DNA from: Polyangiaceae bacterium
GTDB lineage: Bacteria > Myxococcota_A > Polyangia > Polyangiales > Polyangiaceae
DNA length: 64,000 bases
Reading direction: 5' to 3'
Assembly (NCBI GenBank): GCA_046351395.1
Contig: JAXLYP010000017.1
Coordinates: forward strand, 65,508 to 129,507
Part shown: one piece after another, positions 8,942 through 16,833 of the stretch
Position numbering within the stretch: the first letter of the stretch is position 1
Layout: every line of letters starts with the position of its first letter
Translations under genes and position numbers: made by a program
Notes under the pieces: model-generated
What the model saw: the letters and a program-made list of their open reading frames with translations, nothing else
The model's database searches: none
What the model was told of the DNA's origin: nothing

Positions 8942-10197
8942 CGCTTGATCGTCACGACGACTTCGCACTCCGCGTCACCTCGGACGATCGAGCGCGTCTC
9001 CTCGACCGAGAGCGTGGGACCGGTGGCGGCGATCTTCGCGTAATCGGCGAACGTGGCCGGACCCACGCGATCGCGGAGCATCGTGAGCAACGCGATCGCG
9101 CCCGCCATGCCTTGGAAGCCGGGCATCTGCGCGCCGGGCATGCCCCCGTAGCGCGCGGTGAAGTACACGGCCTCGGGCGTGATGGGCGCGCGCAGCACGA
9201 TGCGATCCACCGCGTAGTCCGCGACGGAGAGCGTCCCCCACCCGAGCGCGCTCGCGATCGCGGCGAACCGGTGCGCGCGCTCCTCGCTCGTCACGGGGCG
9301 CTCGAGCTCCGCCATCGCGAGCGCGCCCTCGAGCTCCGTGATCGTCAGGAAGACGGATGCCTGCGTCGCTTCGCGCACGAGATCGCGGAACAGGGGCGCG
9401 AGCTCCGGGCTCCGCTTCTCGAGGAGGTGGTGGGCGTCGAAGACGATCTCGGATCGATACCCGACGGGGACGAGCGCGAGCCGCGCGCGCTCATGGGGAC
9501 TCGGCGGCGCAGCGCCGACGCGCAAGATCCCCCGCTCGTCGCTCGACAGCGCGAGCACGGTCGCGAGCGCCGTCGCGCGGGCGCCCGCGTCGTTGCCGTC
9601 GTCCTCGTCCGCTTCGCTCGTGACGAGCTCGTCGGCGTCCCCCCGCGTGGCGGCCTGGCTCGCGCGCTGCGCGTCCGCTCGGCGCGAGAGCGTGAAGACG
9701 CACTCACTCGCGCCGCGCGCAACGCAGGACGCCTCGTCGGCCTCGAACGCGCCCCAGTCCGAGGGGAACGCCACCGACGCCGCCGCGGATCCGTAGCCGG
9801 CGGCGAAGGCGTCCATGCTGTGCTTGATGCGCGCCGCACGCCCGTACCGGTCGCGGAATCCGCTCCCGAGCAGCAGATCTTCGCCCGTGAACCGACCGCC
9901 ACCCGCGCCCGCCTCGAAGCGGAGCTGACCGAAGCCGAGCGCGCTGAAGAGCTCGGTCGCGAGATCCAGGATCTGGCTCGGCCCGTCGATGCCGAGGCTC
10001 CCGGCGATCGATGAGAGCATCGCGTGGCTCGCGGCGAACGCGCCTTGCCGGCTGACCGACCAGCTCTCGCTGCCGAGCGCGTCCCACACGATCTGCTCGA
10101 TGAGGACGCTGTCGTGGTGCGACACGATCTGCACGAGGTGCTCGCTCAGGGAGAAGAGCCCGTGCTCCGAGCGAAGGAGGGTCCCGAGGTTCGTCAC
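8938..10197 (-). CDS. Tandem V4R-domain protein (419 aa), hypothetical.
   Basis: Two copies of the ...ASCVARGASECVFTL / ...RGDAECEVVVTI pattern typical of V4R (4-vinyl reductase / XylR-N) C-terminal segments. 1 nt downstream of the preceding gene. Confidence 0.55.
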   Translation of the reverse strand: MTNLGTLLRSEHGLFSLSEHLVQIVSHHDSVLIEQIVWDALGSESWSVSRQGAFAASHAMLSSIAGSLGIDGPSQILDLATELFSALGFGQLRFEAGAGGGRFTGEDLLLGSGFRDRYGRAARIKHSMDAFAAGYGSAAASVAFPSDWGAFEADEASCVARGASECVFTLSRRADAQRASQAATRGDADELVTSEADEDDGNDAGARATALATVLALSSDERGILRVGAAPPSPHERARLALVPVGYRSEIVFDAHHLLEKRSPELAPLFRDLVREATQASVFLTITELEGALAMAELERPVTSEERAHRFAAIASALGWGTLSVADYAVDRIVLRAPITPEAVYFTARYGGMPGAQMPGFQGMAGAIALLTMLRDRVGPATFADYAKIAATGPTLSVEETRSIVRGDAECEVVVTIKR

Positions 10198-10198
10198 G

Positions 10199-11323
10199 TC
10201 AGCGGCCCCCCTCGCCGAGACCGCTCTCGTTGACGCGCCGCTGAACCTCGCCGCGCTCCAACCCGAGCATCTCCTCGGCGGCGCTCTCGAGGAGCACGAG
10301 CTGCTCCGAGTTGAGCGTCTCCACGTCCCGCAGCTTGTCGAGCCCGAGGCGACTGCGAAGCGCGAGGCGAAGGACCGCGATGTGGGGCTCCGGCGACGTC
10401 GACTCGACGTAGCGCACGATACCGAGCGCGCGCGCCCGCGTGGACGCGATCGCGGACTCCGAAGGCGCGAGTCCCCGTTGAGCCGCTCCGTCGGAGAGTT
10501 CTTCCGGTGCGCGCGCCCGGAGCGGCGAGGGCGGCACGAGCGCGGGCGGCTCCGGGAGCGCTCGGGGAGGTTCGGATGCCCAACTCGGCGACGCGGGTCC
10601 CGGGTCTGCGGGAGGGCTCGAGATCCGGCGGGGCTCGCTCACGGGGATGACCAACGCGGGCTTCTCGGGGTTCGCGCCGCTCACGGGCGGCTCGTCGAGG
10701 TGGTCGTGCACCGTGAACCGCTGCGCGTCGGGGCTGCGCGACGCGGCCGTCTCCGGGCCGTGCTCCTCGACGTCGCTCGCGGGCTCGGTGATCGTGGCGG
10801 CGGGCAGCGGCTCCGGGGGGAGCGGGACCGGCGCGGGGGCCGCGACGAGCACCGGGACGCTCTGCGTCGGCGCCATACTGGGCGACGTGACGACGGCGAC
10901 CGGCGGCGGCGGAGCCCTCACCGCAGACACTTCGCCGTACGGGAGCTCGTGCTCGAGCGTGCGCAAGATCTTGTGCGCGTGCGCTCGCGCCAGCCCGAGG
11001 GGGGCTTGCCGCTCGAACACGACGGCGACACCGAACGATCTCAATTGCTCCAGGATCGCCGTGTGCCGCTCGTCCTCGATCGTCGCGGACACGGGGCGCG
11101 CCGCGGTCGCGGGCGCCGAGGGATCGATCCGCCTCGTCGCGTGCACGCACGCCGCGAGCGCCTCGGCGTAGGCGCGCCCCATCGCAGTCGGGGAGAGCAC
11201 CGCGCTCGGACGGACCCACGACGCGTACGTGATCGCGGGGTTGAGGAGGAAGACGACGATCGCCTCGAGGTAATCCACCCCAGCCGCGAGCCCGTCGAGC
11301 GGGATCGCGTTCTCCGCTTCCAT
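10199..11323 (-). CDS. Hypothetical protein: a small N-terminal domain, a long Pro/Ala-rich linker, and a C-terminal helical domain.
   Basis: Start taken at internal M128 (MEAENAIPLDG). That ATG lies 18 nt after the stop of the Roadblock gene, and the upstream 127 codons of the ORF are Arg-rich junk. Confidence 0.5.
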   Translation of the reverse strand: MEAENAIPLDGLAAGVDYLEAIVVFLLNPAITYASWVRPSAVLSPTAMGRAYAEALAACVHATRRIDPSAPATAARPVSATIEDERHTAILEQLRSFGVAVVFERQAPLGLARAHAHKILRTLEHELPYGEVSAVRAPPPPVAVVTSPSMAPTQSVPVLVAAPAPVPLPPEPLPAATITEPASDVEEHGPETAASRSPDAQRFTVHDHLDEPPVSGANPEKPALVIPVSEPRRISSPPADPGPASPSWASEPPRALPEPPALVPPSPLRARAPEELSDGAAQRGLAPSESAIASTRARALGIVRYVESTSPEPHIAVLRLALRSRLGLDKLRDVETLNSEQLVLLESAAEEMLGLERGEVQRRVNESGLGEGGR

Positions 11324-11340
11324 CGTCGGCTGGTCGTGGA

Positions 11341-11952
11341 TCACTCTGCGCGCTCTCCGGAGCGATCGCCGGGCCGATGAAGCGGCGTCAGCGCGAGCGT
11401 GAAGGCCGCCCGTATCCGAGCGGTGTCGTGCTCGTCGAGCGCGCGCTGGTGCGAGATACCGACGATGTAGAGCTTCGCGCCGACCATGAAGCCGATGAGC
11501 GACAGCACCGGCCCGTCGCCCACGTGGCTCTCGAACTCGCGTGACACGCTCCCCGGGGACGCGAGCGCGAGCTGCCGGATCGCGTACGCGACGTTCGCGG
11601 TCGCGCCGAGCAGGGCCTCGTCCTTCGACCCTTCTTTCGAGATGGGGAGGCCGTCGGCGTCCACGAGCAGCACGCTCAGCGTGTGGGGATCCGCGCGGAG
11701 CCACTCGAGCAGCTTGTCGCAGCGGTTCGCGACCGTGCCGCTCGTCTCGGGTGGGGCGGCGAGGCGCCCGAGCTGACGGCGCTGCGCGATGGACGGTGGG
11801 CCCCCCTCGACCACGGATGGGCGCTCGAACGCGACGAGCGGTACGCCGCCGAAGTCGTTCTTCGGCAGCTCGGCGGGCGGTGGCTTCGGGGAGAGCGACT
11901 CCGCCGCCACGATCGCGTCCGACAGATCAAACGAGGAGCGAGATCGGCGCAT
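11341..11952 (-). CDS. Roadblock/LC7 (MglB-like) domain protein.
   Basis: ...HTLSVLLVDADGLPIS...ATANVAYAIRQLA...GPVLSLIGFMVGAKLYIVGIS matches the Roadblock/LC7 pattern. Overlaps the 3' end of the ParA-like gene by 26 nt. Confidence 0.55.
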   Translation of the reverse strand: MRRSRSSFDLSDAIVAAESLSPKPPPAELPKNDFGGVPLVAFERPSVVEGGPPSIAQRRQLGRLAAPPETSGTVANRCDKLLEWLRADPHTLSVLLVDADGLPISKEGSKDEALLGATANVAYAIRQLALASPGSVSREFESHVGDGPVLSLIGFMVGAKLYIVGISHQRALDEHDTARIRAAFTLALTPLHRPGDRSGERAE

Positions 11953-12742
11953 CGTCTTCCACCTTCGAGCCCGCGGGCATCACACGATCGAGGACGTCGC
12001 TGGCCAACTGGTCGAACCTGCGCGCGAGCGGCGGCGGGTTCTTCTGCATCAGCGAGATGGGCGCGCCTCGGAGCGAGGCCTCGAGGAACACCTCGTCGCG
12101 CGGGATGATCGCGTCCATCACGACCCCCGCGGGGAACTTCGCCCACAGCGTCTCGGCGACGTCGAGCGACGCGGGCACCTTCCGATCGAACATCGAGAGC
12201 ACGACGCCGAGCAGCGTGAGGTTCGGGTTCTTCGTCGCCTTGATTCGATCGACGAGCGCGAGCACTTGCCCGAGGCTCCGCAGCGCGAGCGGCTCCGCCT
12301 GGAGCGGCGCGAGGACGTGGGTCGCGGCCTCGATGGCGCGCGTCGTCACCTTGCCCAGGCCCGCGGGACAATCCACGAGGACGAGGTCGAACCCCTCGAC
12401 GCGCGCGCTGTCCAGGATGCCGAGGATCGCGCCCGATCGCGTGAGCGCCTCCTCGAACCCCGCGACGGTCGTCGGATCGACGCGCCCCACCGTCAGCACG
12501 CCGAGCGAGGCCTCCCGCGTGCGTTGGATGACGTGCGAGAACGTCTCCGCGCCCGTGAGGATCTCCGCGATCCCGGGGCGCGCTCGATCCGCGAGGCCGA
12601 GGGAGAGCCCGAGGCTCCCTTGCGCGTCGAACTCCGTGAGAAGCACGCGCCGCCCCGCGCGCGCGAGCGCGAGCCCGAGGTTCAGCGCGATGGTGGTCTT
12701 GCCCACGCCGCCTTTTTGGCTGGCGACTGCGATCACGAACAT
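11927..12742 (-). CDS. ParA/MinD-family P-loop ATPase.
   Basis: MFVIAVASQKGGVGKTTIALNLGLALA is a deviant Walker A. DCPAGLG follows. Confidence 0.88.
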   Translation of the reverse strand: MFVIAVASQKGGVGKTTIALNLGLALARAGRRVLLTEFDAQGSLGLSLGLADRARPGIAEILTGAETFSHVIQRTREASLGVLTVGRVDPTTVAGFEEALTRSGAILGILDSARVEGFDLVLVDCPAGLGKVTTRAIEAATHVLAPLQAEPLALRSLGQVLALVDRIKATKNPNLTLLGVVLSMFDRKVPASLDVAETLWAKFPAGVVMDAIIPRDEVFLEASLRGAPISLMQKNPPPLARRFDQLASDVLDRVMPAGSKVEDDAPISLLV

Positions 12743-12856
12743 GCCGCGCGAGAGTACGGGAGCGGTGGCGACGCCGTCATGGGTTGCGTATCGAGCAACA
12801 ATTCGTTCGTCGTTGGGGTGATTGTTTCAGGTCCGAGGTCGAGCCACCTTCGGCCC

Positions 12857-13384
12857 ATGAGCACGAACTGGAAACTCGATCCCACCCACTCTGGCATTCA
12901 CTTCTCCGTGCGCCACCTCATGGTGTCGAAGGTGCGCGGCAGCTTCAAAGCGTATGGGGTCGACCTCGCGTTCGATCCGAAGAACCCCGCGGCGGGCAAG
13001 GTGGACGTGAGCGTCGACGTCTCCAGCATCGACACGAAGGAAGAGAAGCGCGACGGCCACCTCAAGTCGGCCGACTTCTTCGACGCCGAGAAGTACCCGA
13101 AGATGACGTTCAAGAGCGCGCGCGTCGAAGTGAAGGACGCCTCGAACTTCCTCGTGCACGGCGACCTCTCGATCCACGGCGTCACGAAGCCCGTCACGCT
13201 CGACGTCGAGTTCGCGGGTGAGGCGAAGGATCCGTGGGGCAACTCCAAGGCGGGCTTCAGCGCGCACACGTCGATCTCGCGCAAAGACTTCGGCCTCGAG
13301 TGGAACCAAGCCCTCGAGACCGGCGGCGTGCTCGTCGGCGACAAGGTCGAGATTTCGATCGACCTCGAGCTCGTGAAGGGCTGA
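12857..13384 (+). CDS. YceI-like protein (175 aa).
   Basis: WKLDPTHSGIHFSVRHLMVSKVRGSFK...FDAEKYP...HGDLSIHGVTKPV is the YceI family pattern. The ATG at 12857 is in frame inside the longer artefactual ORF 11789..13384. Confidence 0.82.
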   Translation: MSTNWKLDPTHSGIHFSVRHLMVSKVRGSFKAYGVDLAFDPKNPAAGKVDVSVDVSSIDTKEEKRDGHLKSADFFDAEKYPKMTFKSARVEVKDASNFLVHGDLSIHGVTKPVTLDVEFAGEAKDPWGNSKAGFSAHTSISRKDFGLEWNQALETGGVLVGDKVEISIDLELVKG

Positions 13385-13399
13385 GTCCGGAAACCGCCG

Positions 13400-13435
13400 A
13401 GCGAGAGCACGAGCACGAGCACGAGCACGAGCGAA
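13400..13435. repeat. (CACGAG)n hexanucleotide microsatellite, about 5 units.
   Basis: gagcacgagcacgagcacgagcacgag, directly after the YceI stop. Confidence 0.6.
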
Positions 13436-13538
13436 GTGAGAGCGCACGAGGCGGCGCTCCTTCGACTCGTGGTTGTCTCGTGCTCGATTCGTCTCCGCGG
13501 CTCGGCGAGCGCGCCGACGGTGGCGCCGCGGGTCGAAG

Positions 13539-14897
13539 CTACTTCTTCTTCGAGGAGCCCGATGGCGCCGGCGTCGGCAGGCTCACGCACTGGCCGTGAT
13601 CGCAGACGCGGTCGCCCTTGCAGTCCCAATCGCCGAGGCACCCCGCGGGCGGCGCCGAGGCCGACGGCGCTGCGCTCGGCGCGGAGTCGAGCGGCTTCGG
13701 GGGCGCTGAGTCGGGCGGGGGTGGGGCGCTCGCGGAGGGCGTGGGCTTCGGTGGATCGGGCTTCTTTCCGGGGCCCGACAGATCAGCGAGGGCTCCCGCG
13801 AGCTTGATGCGCCAGATGTCGTAGTTGCCGGATTGGTTGGACGAGAAGTAGAGCCACCCGTCGCTCGACCAGGCGGGCGCGCCGCTCAGCGACTGTCCGC
13901 TCGTGAGCTGGACGAGCCCCGTTCCATCCCTCTTCATCACGAAGAGGTGCATCACGTCCTCCGGCTTCTTCCCGAGCTCGGCGTATCCGCGGTTGGACGC
14001 GAACGCGATGTATTGCCCGTCGGGGGACCACGCGGGCATGTCGCTGTCCGCCTTCTCGCTGGTGAGCTCGACCACGCTCGTGCCCTTGTCTCCGTCGACC
14101 AGGAAGATCTGGTCGAACCCGCTCACCTTCCGCACGAACGCGATCGAGCTCCCCTCCGGGGCATACGCGGGAGCGCGGCCCTCGCCGAGGATCGTGAAGC
14201 GCGAGCCGTCGATCCCCACGGTGCAGATCGAGTGTCCGCCGTCCTGCGCGGTGGTCGTGAACGCGACCTTCGTCCCGTCCGGTGAGGGCGAGGGGTGGGA
14301 TGGCTGCGGCGCGAGTTCGCTCCCGATGATGAACGCGATCGCGGCGTTCGGCGCGCTCGTCAGCGCGCGCACGAGGGCGTAGGGGCCCGTGTTGTTGGTG
14401 ACGTAGACGTAGGACGCGCCGTCCGGCATCCACGCGGGGTTGTTCGCGAAGCGCGTCGACGACGTGTAGATCGTGCGCTGCCCTCGCGTGTTCGGGTCCA
14501 CGCCGACGAGCGTCTGTTGCTTGAGCTTCGCGACGCTGCCGGAGTCGTCGTACGTCTCCACCTGAAAGAGGAGCTGCTTGCCATCGCGCGAGATCGCGGG
14601 CGCGAACTCGTCCACGGGGTCGGAGGTGACGCGCTCGAGGGCGCTGCCCGCGCCCGTCACGTCGAGCTTCTCGCGGCTCTTACGGTTCTCTTCGTCCTGT
14701 TTGACGATGCTGGAGATCGGGTCCGCCGACGACGATCCGCTCGCTGGTTTCCCGCTGGACGCCTCGATCGGCGTGAGGCCCCGCTCGCGCTGTTGCTCCA
14801 CGGTCACGTAACGGTGGCAAGCGCCGAGGACCGATGCGGTGAGGGCGGAGACAGCGAGGACGGGGAGAACGAGGCCGTACGCGCGCCGACGCTTCAT
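13539..14897 (-). CDS. TolB-like / PD40 beta-propeller lipoprotein with a C-terminal Cys-rich tail.
   Basis: MKRRRAYGLVLPVLAVSALTASVLGAC has a lipobox. Repeated blades PAWMPDG, PSPDGTKVAF, APEGSSIAF, PAWSPDGQYIAF, PAWSSDGWLYF. Start at internal M129; the upstream codons of the ORF are junk. Confidence 0.78.
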   Translation of the reverse strand: MKRRRAYGLVLPVLAVSALTASVLGACHRYVTVEQQRERGLTPIEASSGKPASGSSSADPISSIVKQDEENRKSREKLDVTGAGSALERVTSDPVDEFAPAISRDGKQLLFQVETYDDSGSVAKLKQQTLVGVDPNTRGQRTIYTSSTRFANNPAWMPDGASYVYVTNNTGPYALVRALTSAPNAAIAFIIGSELAPQPSHPSPSPDGTKVAFTTTAQDGGHSICTVGIDGSRFTILGEGRAPAYAPEGSSIAFVRKVSGFDQIFLVDGDKGTSVVELTSEKADSDMPAWSPDGQYIAFASNRGYAELGKKPEDVMHLFVMKRDGTGLVQLTSGQSLSGAPAWSSDGWLYFSSNQSGNYDIWRIKLAGALADLSGPGKKPDPPKPTPSASAPPPPDSAPPKPLDSAPSAAPSASAPPAGCLGDWDCKGDRVCDHGQCVSLPTPAPSGSSKKK

Positions 14898-15084
14898 AGG
14901 TTGTGATGAAGGAACTAGCAGAGTCGCTGAAAAAGCAGAAGGGCGGGGGCGTGCGGTCCAGGCACCACATCCCGTGTGTCTCCCTACCCACGCTCGGACC
15001 GCGAGTCCTGTTCCCGGACCGCGAACATTTCGAAGATCTGGGGTCAGCGCCGGTGGCACCCGGGTTGCGAAGGGGGGAGCCACG

Positions 15085-15681
15085 ATGACGACGCAATCGC
15101 CCATGACGCTGGCCTCCTCCCCCGCCTCGATCCGATCCATCTCGAAGGACCACGGGGGTGGCGAGCTCCGGCGCGCGCTCATCCTCCTTCGATCCGACCT
15201 CCACGCCCGCGCCCTCCGCATGTCGCGATCGAGCGCGATCGCGGAGGATCTCGTGCAGGACACGATCGAGCGCGCGATCAAGTTCGAGGCGCACTACATC
15301 CCGGGGACCAACGTGCGCGCGTGGGTCCATCAGATCCTCTTCAGCGTCTTCATCACGCGCTGCCGCCGCCTCCGCCGCGAGCGCAACGCGCTCGCTTGGC
15401 TCTCGACGGATCCGAACGCGTGGACGGTCCCGCACGCGGACGCGCCGATGCAGGCGCTCTCCCCGGCGATCCAGCGCGCGCTCGACGCGCTCCCCGAGGT
15501 CTTCCGCCGCGCGGTGGAGCTCGTGGACCTCGGTGAGCTCGCGTACAAGGACGCGGCGGACATCATGGGCGTCCCCGTCGGCACGGTGATGAGCCGCCTC
15601 CACCGGGGCCGCAAGCTCCTCGCCGCGGAGCTCCGCGACGAGGCGAACCACCCCCGCGTGGAAGTCGATCTCGCTGCCTGA
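15085..15681 (+). CDS. ECF-type sigma-70 family RNA polymerase sigma factor.
   Basis: Region 2 (LVQDTIERAIKF...AWVHQILFSVFITRCR) and region 4 (ELVDLGELAYKDAADIMGVPVGTVMSRLHRGRKLL). Divergent from the TolB-like gene. Confidence 0.8.
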   Translation: MTTQSPMTLASSPASIRSISKDHGGGELRRALILLRSDLHARALRMSRSSAIAEDLVQDTIERAIKFEAHYIPGTNVRAWVHQILFSVFITRCRRLRRERNALAWLSTDPNAWTVPHADAPMQALSPAIQRALDALPEVFRRAVELVDLGELAYKDAADIMGVPVGTVMSRLHRGRKLLAAELRDEANHPRVEVDLAA

Positions 15682-15737
15682 GCTCCGGGGCGCGCCCCCG
15701 TCGCGTTGGCACGTGACGACGAAATCGTCCGTCGAAC

Positions 15738-16724
15738 TCAGTCGTTCGCGCTGCCGCGGTGGCGATCCGCGGCCTCTCTCGCAGCCAGCGCGCGGGTCTT
15801 CTTCCGCTCGTAGTCCGCGAGCGCTCCGTCTCGCTCCCTCTTCGCGCGCGCGAGCGCCGAGTTCGCCTCGTCGAGCTCCCTCCGCGCGGCCATCATGCGC
15901 TCCGCGGCCTCCTTCGCCTGCGCCTCCAAGCGAGCGGCCTCCTCCGTCGCGGCCGTCGCGCGCGTCGCTAGCCTCGACGCGGCCGAGTGCGCCTCGTCGA
16001 GCCGCGAGCTCGCGGTGACGAGCGTCGCGTCGGCCTTCACCCGCGCGTCGTCCGCCGCGTCGGCCGCGGCCTCGAGCTCCCGTTGCTTCGCTTCGCGGGC
16101 TTCGCGCGCCTCGCGCGCTCGCGGTTTCTCCCCGCCGTCCGCGCCCGTCTTCGCGCCCGCGTGCGGCGCGCTCGCGGGCGCGGCGGTGATCGGCTTCGCC
16201 GCGGGCTCATCCATCTCGAGGAGCTCCGCGAGCGCCCCCACGTCGAGCGGCGCGAGGTCCTTCGAGAGGCACGCGGGCTCCGCGTCGCCCCACCTCCCGC
16301 TCGTGCCGATGGTCGTGAGGTTCGCGCGGACGCGCGCGAGCACGGCGTCGCTCGGGGCGGATCCCCCCTCGCCGAGGAGGCGCGACGCTTCGGACACGAG
16401 CGCCTCGATCGCGTCGCGCTGCGCGCCTTGGTGCTTCGCGACCTCCTGCCCGGAGCCCTTCCCCTGGAGCGCCGCGCGCATCGCGGACCTCAGGTCGGCT
16501 CCGATGCGCATGAGATCGGCGAAGACATCCGGCGCCGTGGCCGTCACGCGGTTCGTCGCCCATGCGGAGGGCGACGGCTTGGCGAGCGCCCCTACGCGCG
16601 CGGCGTCCTCCTTCGACCCCGCCTTCTTGAGCTTCGCGACGAGCGCCTTTCGCGCCTCGATGAAACCCTCGACGGGTCCCTGGAAAAGCGCGCGCGTGAG
16701 CGCCCCGATCTCTGTCTCGTCCAC
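15738..16724 (-). CDS. Hypothetical coiled-coil protein (328 aa).
   Basis: Ala/Glu/Arg-rich helical C-terminal half (REAREAREAKQRELEAA...). Composition is plausible, but confidence is modest in a high-GC background. Confidence 0.45.
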   Translation of the reverse strand: MDETEIGALTRALFQGPVEGFIEARKALVAKLKKAGSKEDAARVGALAKPSPSAWATNRVTATAPDVFADLMRIGADLRSAMRAALQGKGSGQEVAKHQGAQRDAIEALVSEASRLLGEGGSAPSDAVLARVRANLTTIGTSGRWGDAEPACLSKDLAPLDVGALAELLEMDEPAAKPITAAPASAPHAGAKTGADGGEKPRAREAREAREAKQRELEAAADAADDARVKADATLVTASSRLDEAHSAASRLATRATAATEEAARLEAQAKEAAERMMAARRELDEANSALARAKRERDGALADYERKKTRALAAREAADRHRGSAND

Positions 16725-16833
16725 CGCGTCCGTGCCTCCGCGTCGCCCGAGCCGTGACGCTCCCCCGGTGGCCGAGGACGGATCGCCCGTCGGCCCGTGG
16801 GAGCGTCGTTCGGATCGAGAACGAAAGGAGACG

